From: Octopus sinensis
Lineage: Eukaryota
Direction of reading: 5' to 3'
NCBI RefSeq assembly: GCF_006345805.1
Contig: NC_043024.1
Span: 16,678,001 to 16,742,000, forward strand
Length of the DNA: 64,000 bases
Shown: positions 11,567 through 25,308 of the stretch, one piece after another
Layout of the letters: each line of letters starts with the position of its first letter
Numbering within the stretch: position 1 is the stretch's first letter
The notes under the pieces: generated by a model
Database searches by the model: none
What the model was told of the DNA's origin: nothing
Seen by the model: only the letters and a program-made list of their open reading frames with translations
Position numbers and translations under genes: made by a program

Positions 11567-12077
11567 CAATTAAGGACTGAACACGAAAAGTGGACAGTCA
11601 ACATGCTAGATATAAACGTCAAATCGTCATTCTCCACAAAAAGTCTATGTTCCCAGATCAAACTCAACACAAAACCAAAGCAAAAAACAAGTGAAAAATA
11701 TACGAAATAAATATTTACCCATGTACTAAATTTAGTTTCGGTTGTTATTTTCCGCAAGGAAAAGTGCAACCATCATCAGCATGGTCCCATATAAAATGCA
11801 ATTTGCTATACTAAATGCCAACACGATACCGAAATATCGCGTGCATGGAGTACGGCCTATTACATTTGAAATATATATTTCAAATGTCTCTACTTTTGGC
11901 GCGATGAGACCCGAGAAAACTAGCCTGCAGCTAATAGTTAGCAGCAGTTAATTTATCGGTTAGAGAACAAATATTTATATAAAATTAAATTTAGGGTAAA
12001 AATTGATATTTATCAATTAGAACCAGTGGTCTAGCATATTAAAGAAAGAATCCGAAGATTTGATCTGGGAACGTAAT
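11567..12077 (-). mobile_element. HHR-bearing non-autonomous element between (TA)n tracts
   Basis: Contains HHR 11719-11784 and 19-bp inverted repeat tatgttcccagatcaaa (11646) / tttgatctgggaacgta (to 12076). Confidence 0.6.
11719..11784 (-). ncRNA. Type I hammerhead ribozyme (intact)
   Basis: ccaug-CUGAUGA-U-gguug...caacc-GAAAC-uaaauuua-GUA-caugg; all three stems perfect. Confidence 0.9.
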
Positions 12078-12927
12078 TATATATATATATATATATATAG
12101 ATAGAGAAATCGATAGATACATACACACACACAAATATATTTTATATCATAAACAGTAATAGAAGTTCCGTTGTGCAGTTCTCTGATTATCAGAGGATCT
12201 TCATGGTGAACCTTCTGCATACAAGATAGCTGTCCCTTTTGAATTAAAGTTTATATATACTTCACAGTTTGTATTGAGTTTTATATCAAGTAATGCTTAA
12301 GCACTGTGTACAGCATGTGTGTGTGTGTTTATAATAACAGAAACAAATGGAGATAGATTTTAAGTTTATTCTGTATATTCTTACACACATTTCATGAATA
12401 AAAAATTGTTGTGCAAGAAAATACCCACAATCAGATTACATCATCAAATCATCAAAGATTGTATAATAAATGAAAAATAACACAAAAGCAGCCAACTGGA
12501 AGAATTGTTAGCATGCTGGATGAAATGTTTAGTGGTATTTCGTGTCTTCATGTTCTGAGTTCAAATTCCGCCGAGGTCAATTTTGCCTTTCATCCTTTCG
12601 GCGTCGATAAAATAAATACCAGTTGAACACTGGGGTTAATGCAATCAATTTAGCCTTACTCTGAAATTGCTGGCCTTGTGCCAAAATTTGGAATCAATAT
12701 TAGCAATCTGACAGAATCATCGTTTCTACCAGACTGATTTTATTCCATCTTTATGCCAATGTTCCTGTTTTACATCAACTGTGATGTGAACACATACAAT
12801 CCTTTGAAGGTGGTGTTGCTCCAGCCTTGGCACGGTTCATTTACTGAAAATAGTCAAACAATAAAGAAAAACAGATTGAAGCATTTATACATGTAAATGA
12901 TAAGAAAATAGATTGGATTCAGAACAT

Positions 12928-13205
12928 AATTGGTTTCAAATTTTAGCACAAGGCCAGCAATTTTGGGGGTGGGAGTGAGTCAATTGCATCAACTCCAGGG
13001 CTTAAGTGGTACTTATTTTATTGACCCTGAAAGGATGAAAGGCAAAGTGGACCTAACGTGAAATGCTGCTAAGCAATTTGCTTGCTGTGCTAATGGTTCT
13101 GCCAGTTTGTCACCTTAAATTCAAAAACATAATTGACTCAGGATAGTGCTGTTCCAGTATGGCCACTCCCCAGTGACTAAATTCAGAAATAGAATTATAT
13201 GTGTA
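12928..13205 (+). repeat. ~280-bp direct repeat, copy 1 (SINE B remnant + unique tail)
   Basis: Near-identical to 14430-14707. Confidence 0.85.
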
Positions 13206-13987
13206 TGTGTGTGTTTTTAGAAGTTAGGATAAAACTAGGGATATAATTATCTGAAATACATCATTGCAATGTTGCTCCATCATGGCCAGTGTCCAGTAAT
13301 TAAAACTATTATGGAATAAACGTGTTTAGAAGCTCCGGTGAACTTGATAACATAATCTGAATTATTGAAGTTGATAAACCGTATCTGATGGTGATAAACC
13401 ATAAAATTATATCCTGACTAACATATTCACAAACACAGATGAAAGTTAATCCCATTTAGTGGTTTAATGAATTGATTACCATCTTGTGTTGCTTACTAAT
13501 CAATAGATTTTTTTATCCAGCAAGTTTAGCCAGAACACTAATGACTTTTGACAGTCTCTCTTTCTCTCTTTCCTCCTCTCTCTGTCTGCCTGTCTGTCTA
13601 TCTGTCCGTTTTATTTTTATATCCTTTTATGTTGGATATACAATATAATGAAACTAGTGAAAGAAAGTATTTACGCGATGCACTGCTATTACACAAGACT
13701 CGATGCTCTCAGCCATGGCTCACAGTGAACTGCTAGCCAACCCGAACGGCCAATTGCTCACAGTTCTTTAATTTATAGCAATGTGACAGTCCACCTTTAG
13801 TCACTTGTGGGGTGGTCGGAATCCTTCCACAACAATTTTGCTGTCTCACCCTCCCTCCCTCACTCTCTCTCTCTTCCTCCCCACCTAAACTCTGTCTTTT
13901 TATATCTAATACACACACACACACACATGCACACACACATGCACACACGCACACAGGCACACACACACATGCACACACACACACACA

Positions 13988-14041
<54 letters not shown>

Positions 14042-14429
14042 ATGGTGAATTGTCTTTTAGTCTCGCAAGACTATGAATCTGTGCTTGGAAAGTCTTGCCT
14101 TGATTTTGTTAGCAGAGCAACATCTACCTTGACTACAGAGACCTTCATGGGAGCAAGGGTCCTGACTGCACTGAGTTCATTTGAAGGTGCTGTCTTCTCC
14201 TTTTCTGCATTCTGTTTTTCTTCAGTGTTGTTTTCCTTCTACAGCCAGCTTATCATCATAATAGCTGAACTTTGGAAATGAAAGTTCCCAAAGTTAACAC
14301 ACTTGTTGGTGGCTGAGTAGAGCAACATGGGAAGGCCATTCCCAGTCACTGCTGCTGCAAGAGGAGAGGTTCTGTCCTCGACTCTCTGCTCACGGTAACC
14401 TGACTCTTCATACATTTGCAGTTGTCTTG

Positions 14430-14707
14430 AATTGGTTTCAAATTTTAGCACAAGGCCAGCAATTTTGGGGGTAGGAGTGAGTCAATTGCATCAACTCCAG
14501 GGCTTAAGTGGTACTTATTTTATTGACCCTGAAAGGATGAAAGGCAAAGTGGACCTAGCGTGAAATGCCGCTAAGCAATTTGCTCGCTGTGCTAATGGTT
14601 CTGCCAGTTTGTCGCCATAAATTCAAAAACATAATTGACTCAGGATAATACTGCTTCAGTATGGCCACTCCCCAGTGACTAAATTCAGAAATAGAATTAT
14701 ATGTGTA
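14430..14707 (+). repeat. ~280-bp direct repeat, copy 2
   Basis: Near-identical to 12928-13205; ends at the Helitron junction. Confidence 0.85.
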
Positions 14708-15507
14708 CTAGCAGCATAGCCCAGCGTTGCCCGGGTATGTAAGAAACTCTGTTGATAAGCAATGCCCTTTACCTTTTTACCCATTTTTGTACTCATTGAA
14801 CTGTTATTTTGTAAAATGAAGCCTAAAAGGCATTAAGGCATTCAAGGCACCGTTCCCTTGCATGCATGACTACAGCCCAACATTGCTTGGATTTGAAGCA
14901 AAAGGAAAACATATGCCATTTCTAGTAACCTTTATGATAAAAGCGGCAAAAATTTACTAAATCGCCTGAAATCCGCCAACTATTTAACAAAAGTGTAGGG
15001 TTTGCATGGTCGGTCCCAAAGTCATATGGTTTTGTCGATTTCTCCCAATACTTGTTAACTGCATTGACAAAAGGTCGTTAGTTTGACATTTAATGCAAAC
15101 TTGATGTCCAACATCGGTGTAGGGAAAATCTATGTGAACTTTAAAAAAATATCGCAGAAAAATCGGTTTGTATGTGTGCCACATATGATGTAATTAACCA
15201 ATTTTTTCCAGTAATAACGTATCCTAATGGAATCAAAAGGGCCATGTAGCTCCTTGCAGCAGACATGATGCTCGCTGTGAATTTAAAAAAAAAATTCCTG
15301 CCAATTTGTTAAAGATATTGTCGAATTTATCAATTTTTTTCAGAACTGGGGGAACTTTTCAAAATTTTCGCTGCGTTAGTTTTGAATTATGACATTGAGC
15401 TATGTGTGTGTCAAGTTTCATCAAAATCAGTTGAAAGCCGTGGTCAGGGTGAGGGTACAACCTGACAGACACACAGACAGACAAAATGCCTTTTATATAT
15501 ATAGAGA
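14708..15507 (-). mobile_element. Non-autonomous Helitron
   Basis: Minus strand 5' a|TC..., 3' hairpin cccgggcaacgctggg + CTAG|t, inserted between A and T. Confidence 0.8.
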
Positions 15508-16887
15508 TGTACTCTTAAAAGAGGAGACAGCCCAGCCTCAAAAGTGGTAGCTGCAGTAGACTATATCTGATGGCCAATGTCACAGTGACCTGTGGACAGT
15601 TCATTATACAGTATACATTGGGAAGCTGATTATTCTCCATTGTAGAAATGTGTTCTGTACAATGTGACTGTAATGTTTACAGCATGGCCATGATGCTGGT
15701 GATCTTTATCAGTTCAAAAACTGAAATATTGTTAACACTGGATGTTGAGTGTAGTGTAAAGGCAGTATTGTTGGAAGCACTCAATATGTTGTAGCTGGTG
15801 CTCAACATATACCTCATGACTTGGTGATGGAATGTCTGTGGTCGTTGTACTTTTCAACATCAGTGTGTTCAGTCAGAGTTGACCTGGGTCAACAACAACA
15901 AGAATAACAATAGCCGGACACTAGATACTGCAGCCTTAGAGCAATGCTTACTGACCTGTGCTGTTATGCAATAGTTTAATGGACCACATGCCAACCTAAA
16001 TGGACATCTATTTCTCTCCACTTACTCCTTCCATTTCCCCTCTTTCAAACCCCCATAAAATACCTTTAAATATCAGGTCCATATTTTTAAACCACTAATT
16101 CAATATATATTCGTGTTCTTGTTGCCATTTAATCTTCTAACTCCATTACTCTAATCTTTTAGCACAATGGTTTTATATATATTCTGCAGTGTTTCAAGCC
16201 AGCTACAACATTCCTCTAAAGTGTTCACATTTAAATTAAAATCTCATTCTAATTCTCAAATGACAAATAATACTGTAAGATTTCAGTGGGTCAACACCCA
16301 CTTCGTGTACCTAAATATTAACTTACAGATATTTTGTTAAAACCTCTTCCCCTCCCCACTCTCTCTCTCACAAGATCTTAATTATATTGAAATACATGGG
16401 TTGTGTGTCTCCGTTCATAAGAAATATGACCAAGGAAGGGTTAAAGCTTAACGTTGAAGAAATCTATTCTTGTCTCGCCTTTACTCGACTGTCAAATTGA
16501 GGCTGGAATGCAGCATTAAAGTGTTGGAATGTGTTGTAGTATTTGTTTTAATTCTTGGTATTCTGTGTTCAAATCCTGCTGTAGCCCATCAGCTATCATT
16601 TGAAAGGGTTAGATTTCCACCATATACACAAGTCCATAATTAACCATGGATAGCATTAAAGGGATCCATGGTATCCAAGCTGCAGAAAGCAGATGATACT
16701 TAATGAGGATTATATTAACTGTGCAAGCAGACATTCACATACAACTAAAATACATTCTAAATATAAGCTTTATACAATGTTTAATTTACATAAACGACTA
16801 TATTGTTAATTGAGTTAATTAGCCTGTTTCCAGCTTTTCCGAATTATTAAATATTTATGATCACACATGGGTAAAGATATATATTAA

Positions 16888-17109
16888 CCCTTTCATTACC
16901 GTATCTATTTTGAGATGCTTTGTGTTTCTTTCAATTACTTTAAATATAACAAAGAATTTCGAAAAATAACTTAGTTATCATTAAGCTAGTGTTAGGAACA
17001 TAAATTGTGACAAAGGTTTGGTGGAAGATTTTAATTCAAAACTTATGAAAACAAGACATTTGTACTCAGGGGGCCAGAGCCAGTTTCAGCCGGGTTGGTA
17101 TCAAAAGGG
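16888..17109. mobile_element. piggyBac-type MITE
   Basis: TTAA|ccctttcattacc ... ggtatcaaaaggg|TTAA. Confidence 0.75.
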
Positions 17110-17844
17110 TTAAGGTGCAAAGCTATGTACTGTAACACACATCTATGTTAAAGTACCTGGTTTTGCAGTTAGACTTTTGGACAGACAATTGTAAAGTTAT
17201 TAGTTTGATTGTTGAGTTGGGCAGTGAGTTGTGTTCTTGGACAAGGCACTTCATTTCTTGTTGTTCTAGTTCGCTCAGCTGAAAATAAATTGTAGAGTGA
17301 CCTCCACAAATCTCCTCTGTCTATGTCACTAATGTTTATCCTAAAGAGAGACCTTTGACTTGGTCAAATATAGTTTGGTACCAAAGCCATTGTAGATTGC
17401 TGATGGAATATAGAGACACAGAATAGACACCTCAAAGCATCTTGCCTGACCCTCTCACGGTTCCACTCTTTGATAGGGACTTTTCTATCTACCCCAAAAG
17501 AATGAAAGGTAAAGTTGATCAAGATAAGATTTGAAGCCAGAGCGCATAAAGTCAAAACAAATACCATGAAGGATCCTATTGGATATTCTAATGATCCTGC
17601 CAGTTCCCCAAAAGTGGCACATCACAGACTATTAACTTAAAATACTGATATTGCAAGATATCACTGTCCCTGGATGGTTATGATGTGTTGGATTATGATG
17701 ATATCACTGTCATCATCATTATCCTCATTAGCTGGTATGGGTTGGCTGGCGGCACATAAAAAGCACCATCTGAACATGGCTGATGCCAGTAACCCCTGAC
17801 TGGTTCCTGTGCCAGTGGCATGTAAAAATCACTATCCAAAATGA

Positions 17845-18906
17845 AAATAACACTGACATCTCATTTTAACAGATATATTTACCAAAATTAGATAAACATG
17901 TCTTGAAATACTAAAAATTAAATTTATTCAATAAAATTGCCATTGGCTTCAGCCATGGCCTCCAGACGACTTCGGAATATCTTGCAACTCTTCTGGATGG
18001 TCTCCTTGTTTAAGTTGGTGAATGTTGCCATAATCCTTGCCTTCAGTTCATCTTTGATGTTACAAGGAGTTTTGTTGGTCTCTCACTCAACTGTGCACCA
18101 CACATAGTAATGATATAGGCCTCTGTGTTGAGTTTGAGACTGTGTGGGATGATGAATGGAGGCATCACTAGTGATCATTCCAAACACTATGATGTTGACT
18201 GGATGTTTGATTTTTATCACTCTTGCTACATTGTTTGGGGGCACAGCAAGCCAACAGTTGTTCTGTGTGTTTGCCATCTGATCCTGGCAAAAACTTTTCT
18301 TGTCTGAGAAAAACCAAGGCATGTTCATTTGGAGGGGATGGTTAAGTTTGTTCAAAAGCTTTGTAGCACAGTCTTTCTTCTTGTCCTTGATGGCTTAGGA
18401 TAAAAATTGGCCCTTTCTCATCTTGTATGAGTAATACTGGGTGTCTTCATGCACCACCTGCCTGATAGGAAACTCAGACACTCCCATGTCCCTGGTGATG
18501 GACCTGATTGGCTAGGAGGGATCGTTGTCAATCTTGGCCTGGATCTCACCAACAAATTCAGGAGTTCTTTTCTTATCAGAACGATCAGAGAGAGTTTTCC
18601 AAGCTGCTGTACCTTTGTAATCACCATTACACTCATCTAACTCTTTCTGAATCCTCTGCACTGTCTTCAGATTGACACCCAAACACTCTGAAATGTTCAT
18701 ATTGGAGCTTCTGGTGTGAATGCCAAGCAGTACAGCATATAATTTTCAAATATCTGGCAGAGTGAATTGCATCATGGTGGTGTTTTTCTCACAGACTGTG
18801 CCCACTGACCCTACTATGCTGTGTAGTTGACAAAATCAAAAGCAAAGAATGCACATGTGTGAAAAAAAAAAAATAAAATGGTCACAATTTACCCATTGCA
18901 CCCTGT
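17845..18906 (-). pseudogene. Decayed Tc1/mariner-superfamily transposase element
   Basis: Fragments ISECLGVNLKTVQRI (HTH), WFFSDKKSFCQDQ..N.QN, KHPVNIIVFGMITSD; multiple stops and shifts; TIR-like cagggtgcaatgggtaaattgtgacc near 18906. Confidence 0.8.
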
Positions 18907-19696
18907 GTATATATATATATACATACATACATATATATGTGTGTGTATATGTACATTTCAAAATGTAACTACATGTGGATTGTTGGTAGTTTCCTTTTCC
19001 GTCTTCCTTTTCTCTTGGACTTTCCTCCGACTCCTCTTTCTGAAGAAAAGCTTTGCTCAAAATTTTAAGCAGTCTTTCTTTCTTTCCTTGAGCATTTTTT
19101 AACACTTTGCATGTACCACATTCTTTCGTTGTTGTTTTCTTGTGTTTTTTCTTCATTTTTGTGGATTAATTATATTTATATATACACACACACACATATA
19201 CATATATACACTCTTTCCTCCTCTCCTCCCACTCTTCCCTTCTCCTTTCACTCTTCTCTCCTCCCACTTTCTCCCCTCCCTCTCACTCTTTCCTTTATCC
19301 TCCCACTCTCCCTCTCTCGAAGTGTTGTGCTGATTGGTCAAGGGTGGGTGCAATGCAAGATGTCTGTGTCTGCTGGTGACTTCTTGGGCTTCTAATTAGT
19401 AAAAGCATGCTACCTGCTACCGAATCATCCTCGATTCTGAGTGGCAGCTGAAATTTTTAGGCAATTATTTGTTCACTCATCTGTCTGTCTGTCCGTCTAA
19501 TTGACTCTATGTACATATGTGTGTATATGCATCAGTCTATCTGTCGATATCCATATCCATCCACTCATCTGCCTCCTTATTGGTCTTCCCATAAATCCAG
19601 TCATCCAGTCACCCTGCTGTCACTTTTCATATTAGATTCTGTCTGTAATATAAACACACACGCACGCACACACATACACACATGCGTACATATGTG

Positions 19697-19748
<52 letters not shown>

Positions 19749-19892
19749 AGCAGATACATGTGTGTATTTACATACATATGTCTATATATATGCATATATG
19801 TTTATGTGTATATATATTCACAACATATATATGTACACATGTCACACACATATATACATTCACACACATGCATATATATATATATATATATT

Positions 19893-19937
<45 letters not shown>

Positions 19938-19955
19938 ATGTGTGTGTGTATATGG

Positions 19956-20004
<49 letters not shown>

Positions 20005-20006
20005 TG

Positions 20007-20061
<55 letters not shown>

Positions 20062-20329
20062 ATATATATGCGTGTATCTGTCTGTGTCTCTTTTCCCAAT
20101 AATTGAACAGAATCAATATTATTTCCACCAAAATGTATTTTCCTTGTATCTCTGTCACCATCATTAATCTGTGAATATATCTTTGATGGAGAGATTTTTC
20201 CCTGGGACCAATTTCAAAAGACATCTCCTGTTTGTTCTATCCTCTTCATCACCTCCTTCAGTTCCTTCCTCTTCTTCACCTTCTTCTCCTCTTTCGTCTG
20301 CATCATCTTCTTTGTTCTCTTGTCTTATC

Positions 20330-20498
20330 TTTATATGTGTATATATGTATGTATCTATATATATATGTGTATATATGTATGTATGTATATATATATAATG
20401 TGTATATATGTATGTATGTATATATATATAATGTGTATATATGTATGTATGTATATATATATAATGTGTATATATGTATGTATGTATATATATAATAT

Positions 20499-20538
<40 letters not shown>

Positions 20539-21005
20539 GTGTATGTATGTATTATGTGTATGTATGTATTATGTATATGTATGCATATGTATATGTATGT
20601 ATATGTATGTATATGTATGTATATGTATGCATATGTATATGTATATATATGTATGTATATGTGTATGTATGTATGTATATGTATGTATATATATATATGT
20701 ATATGTATGTATGTATATGTATGTATGTATGTATATGTATGTATATATATATGTATATGTATGTATGTATATGTATGTATGTATATGTATGTATATGTAT
20801 GTATATGTATATGTATGTATATGTATGTATATGTATGTATGTATATGTATGTATGTATATGTATGTATATATATGTACATACACATATGTATGTATGTGT
20901 GTAGGTATATGTATGTACATACACATATGTATGTATGTGTGTAGGTATATGTATGTATGTATATGTATATATATCTATATATATGTGTATATATATATAG
21001 ATATA
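20330..21005. repeat. (TATG/TA)n compound microsatellite
   Basis: Directly visible. Confidence 0.95.
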
Positions 21006-22179
21006 TATATTTGTATATTTTGCCCGCTGCTAGCCATCTGCCTACTTAACTCATTTCCATTTTTTTGTCATGGTTTTAGTAATTGATGTAGCTGTTGTTG
21101 TCATCAACGTTGTCGTTGCTGTCGTTGTCATCCTCTGTCTTCTTTATTTCTCCTCCCCCTCAATAACTGAAAGTGGAATTAGGTAGATTTTGGCGGAAAT
21201 AGCAAATCGTTTTTTTTTTATATATTTTTAATTTTTTTCATTTTCCCTCACCATCTGAATTTACTTTGTTTCATTGTACTGAGTTCAAATCCAGTCAAAG
21301 TTGTCTTTGACTACTTTAGGAAAGAACTCAGATAAGCCAATGGTATGAATTTGATTAAGAAAAAAAATTCAAGTGTGATGTACTGAATGGCCACCGGGAA
21401 AATTGTTATATTCCTTGCAATATTACTTATAATATTCTTTATAACATACATATACTCCATTTACTAAACATGTTAATATTAACTATATAATCACTTTTGG
21501 CTTGTGCCTTGGGTCAAAATATAGTGACTCTGGCATCCACTTACCAGCACTGGTGTTTAGACGAACATAAACAGCAACTGTTGGTTGGGTTAGAAGTATG
21601 AGAAGAAATTCTCAATGTTTAATTTAAATGCAGGAAAATACTAAAATACTTGTTGATACCTCAGGCTTTTAGTGAGGTAGGACGATGTGTGTGTGTGTTT
21701 GTATGTCTTGTATTTGACCTGGAGAAGTGTTCAACATACGATGTAATTGCAAATATTTAATTATTCTTTTACTGTGCATGTTGTTAGAGCCCAGGTCAGT
21801 TCTGACTGGAGAGACCTATCATCAAAGGTTGTTGTCATCATTTAACCCTTGGTTATTCCTGATTGAGCAAGTCTGTAATCAAAGACAATCCAGCTGTCCT
21901 TTTTCCCAACGTGCTTTTTCACTTGCTTCTGTCATTGGACTACAGCAACCTTGGAGTACCACTTGGAAGGATTTATTTTTATTTTAATCAACCCCAGTTC
22001 ACATTTTTAAGTCTGCTCCTTTTTTCAACAACTTGTGTCTAAGGTTTTTCCTGTTGACACAAAACAACAACTTTTTCTATTTACTTTTTAAATGGAGTGA
22101 TAATATTACTGTTGCTTAAGTTTTGATTATTTACATTATTTACATTTGATGGATATTTGTCTTCATCTTTTTTGTTGTT

Positions 22180-22225
22180 AACACAACGTTTCAGCTGATA
22201 TACCCTCAAGCCTTCTTCAGGTGTC
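22180..22225 (-). ncRNA. Minimal type I hammerhead (palindromic ACGU stem III, GUU site)
   Basis: gacac-CUGAAGA-a-ggcuuga..ucagcu-GAAAC-GUU-guguu. Confidence 0.6.
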
Positions 22226-22298
22226 TTGAGGAAATTTCGAACCTGGGTTCTCATTCCTAAGGTATTTTTCAATGTTATTATTATTATTATTATTATTC

Positions 22299-22371
22299 AG
22301 GTCACTGCTCGGAATCGAACTCAGAATCTTGGGGTTAGTAGCCCACACTCTTAACCACTATGCCATATGCC
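22299..22371 (-). other. tRNA-like Pol III promoter module inside the PLE 3' region
   Basis: A-box tggcatagtgg, B-box gagttcgattcc, followed by (aat)n; acceptor stem does not pair well, so not a tRNA gene. Confidence 0.6.
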
Positions 22372-23699
22372 TGTGGACAATTATGGAGTGAATTTTAGGG
22401 CTTATAAATCTAATATTTTTCTATCCTTCCTTAATACCGGTTCCCATATGTTGTTCATATCTGCACTCGGTCTGCTTAGGAGGTTGTTGTGTCCTAGCAT
22501 ATGTGCTGCTTCTTTTAGTTTTCATATTTTCCAATAGTGTTCTCTGTCTATTGCTTTAACTTCATCCCATAGGGGGAGGTGGTCTCCGTTTTTCCATACA
22601 TGATCAGCTATACCCAATTTATCAATATCTCCCCGTGTCACAACTTTGCGATGTTCGTCTATCCTTATTTTGAGGGGGTGGCATGCTTCACCTTTGTATA
22701 TAGAACTTCTTATATAGAACAACTGCATATAGAACTTCTTATGTTTGAGTCTGCCATAATTAGGTAAACCTACAATCAAATCCATTCAAGAAGTAACCTT
22801 CCCACCTTATATTTGGACATAGTATGTTTTTTCTCTTCTTTTTAAAGATAACTTGGTGCCTTTTGAAAGGGATTTGGCTAGTGTTTCTTGCTGATCAAAC
22901 AATTACATGTAAATATCTTTCATGGCATATCTATTATTATTTACACCTATTTCAGTACAACCTACAATGAAAGTTGTGGTATATGTTCTTTTCTTTTAAA
23001 ATGGTTGGGTTTGATTTCAAGGATATTTGGCTGCTGTTTCAAGCAGATCAACCAATTACTTTGATGTTCCCTCATTGGCCTGTGTGGTTGTTATAATATT
23101 GATTGTAATGAAGGATACAATTAACCCTGAGTTAACATATCTGTATGTTTTCTAAAGAAGTGAAACTGTGATTGGTCCATTGGAACGATACCATTGCTTC
23201 TCAATGGCTGTATATAATAAAATAGATAATTAAATTGCTTACATTGTATATAAACACATTAGAGAAAACATACTGCTATTTAAACATTTTAATTGACATA
23301 TCACTGTTGGAAATGAATTTTCTGCATGGTTATTATCATTAAAAAATTTTTCATGATAAAATTCATCATGTTAAGTAAATTGAAAATTTAATTTATCACA
23401 TTAAAATATCACACTTATTTATGAAAATTATTTCCAACATAAAACGAAATAATTTATTTATATTTCTTTTTTTAATTTTATTAATTTAACTGACAAGAAA
23501 TTTGCGGAATGTTTGTTGTTGACTCTGTTGTAAACATTTTTTTATCATTGCTGTCATCACTGTCATAGGTAACACATTTATTGCCATCATAGCTCTTGTG
23601 GTGAAGGACTTAGTTACCACTGCTTCCAATGTTGTTGTTGTTATCATGATTGTCAATCTTGTCTATTACTGATATCTTTATCATCATCATCATCATGGC

Positions 23700-24255
23700 A
23701 CCCCTTTAGTGCCACTGCTCTATCTCCCAGAAGATGAAGCTCTGCATCTATAACACATCAGCCCCTCTCCATTCTCCTCTATGGAGCAGAAACATGGTCC
23801 CTCTCAAAGACCCTGGCAAAGAGGATCAATGGGTTTGATAGCAGGTCTCTGAGAACCATTGAGAACATCAGAGGGTTTCATCATGTTTCTAACAAAGAAC
23901 TGTGTTCACACATGCATCAGCCTGCAGCCTCCCACCTCATAGCTATCCTTCACATGCGCTGGTGTGGACATGTCCTCTGTCTATCACTAAATCATCCTAC
24001 CAGGGCTTTACTCTCATTTGATGTGCTGCATCGTGGCAGGCCCCACACCAGATGGCTGGACATGATTAAGGAAGAACTCTGGAGATTCAATGTCACCTTG
24101 GAGGATGCAGAGGGGCTGGCACGGGACCGTCAGAGATAGAGAGCACTGGCAGACCTGGTCGGCTCTATGCATTACGACATTTCTGGGACCACTAACTTGG
24201 GAAGACTCCATCCCCATCAAGCAAACCAAGCAAGCAAGCAACATCATCATCATCA
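23700..24255 (+). pseudogene. RTE-type LINE 3' fragment
   Basis: RGRPHTRWLDMIKEEL..AEGLARDRQR; (cat)n tail; homologous to 41590-41860. Confidence 0.65.
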
Positions 24256-24689
24256 GCAATATGCCAGGTTGATTATTCTACAATCTAATTGCTCCATGCT
24301 TTTCAGTACACCATTCTATCAATCCACCTAATGTGACCTGTAGAAGTGATTCACCACTGTTATATCCTGATGTGCTCACTGTCTCTGTATTCGTATCTAT
24401 TAAGTCATGATAGCAATAACATTATCCTCACTGGATCGCCTTTGGTCACATAGAGATATCAATATTGTATCAAACAGATATAACTATTGTATATTGTATA
24501 CACATCTAACTGTTGTATCATATAGTGTCATATGATTTGTGGTCATAGACACATAACTATAGTGTCAGATATTGTTATGTAGCTATAAGGTCAGACGTTA
24601 GATATAACTGTGATGTATTGAATATAAATGAATGTTTCGTCTGGAGGAAGGAGCTGTATCTTTTGCAGACCCCCTGGGGCTGCTGAGAT

Positions 24690-25300
24690 AGACGTTGATG
24701 TTGTTCATCTTGAACAACAGGAAATTAATGCAGCAGGGAAAAAATGTGCTGTGAAGAAATTGCAGAGGGATAATATTCTGAAGAGAAATAACTGGACGAG
24801 GTTGGGGTAACAGGGTAGGGGTGATGAATGTGTCAAAAGTGCCTGAGTAGAGATGGTATGAATCCAGCCAGATCCAACAAACAGATTCCATAGCTTTAGT
24901 AAAGGCTGAGGGAGGAGACAGTATGTCTGTGAACCAGGGTTTGGTCTATAATGGTGGAAGAACTTCATGCTAGTCACTCAAATAGCTATTCTTTGAATGT
25001 GATTGATAAGTAAATCCTGTCGTATATAAAATATCAAGTTCATCTAAATTTGGCAGTTGTGTCTACATCAGTAATAATTCAAAATAAATGTTACACAGTC
25101 GCTGTTGAGGGGAGAGATATCTTTATGCTTCTGACAAAAATCTGTCCTTTCTATAATCTCAAGTGTCTGATGGAAATTTTGTCTTCAAATATAACTGGCA
25201 GTTTGTCTGATATTCTTGATGTCTGAAGGAAGGTATTTGACTCTGTATTAAGATTCTGTCATCAGTTCCCATCTTAATGTCAGAAACAAGTTCCCTGACA
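24690..25300 (-). pseudogene. Decayed CR1/L2-group LINE 3' fragment
   Basis: SMKFFHHY.. and LFLFRILSLCNFFTAHFFPAA resemble LSLFYRYY / SFFPRTxxLWNSLP..FP. Confidence 0.45.
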
Positions 25301-25308
25301 ATCTATAG

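Larger units (their letters stand above)
22120..22790 (-). mobile_element. PLE 3' fragment (GIY-YIG remnant + tRNA-like module + minimal HHR)
   Basis: YKGEACHPLKIRIDEH..GIADHVW..HLPLWDEVKAIDREHYWKI then KEAAHM in a shifted frame. Confidence 0.8.

Noticed and set aside
14042-14451. Exon-like ORFs on both strands
   Set aside because: The plus-strand acceptor at ~14260 leads to stops in all three frames; minus frames are interrupted; no recognisable protein
22299-22371. tRNA gene
   Set aside because: A/B boxes are present but acceptor and anticodon stems are imperfect, and it lies inside a retroelement
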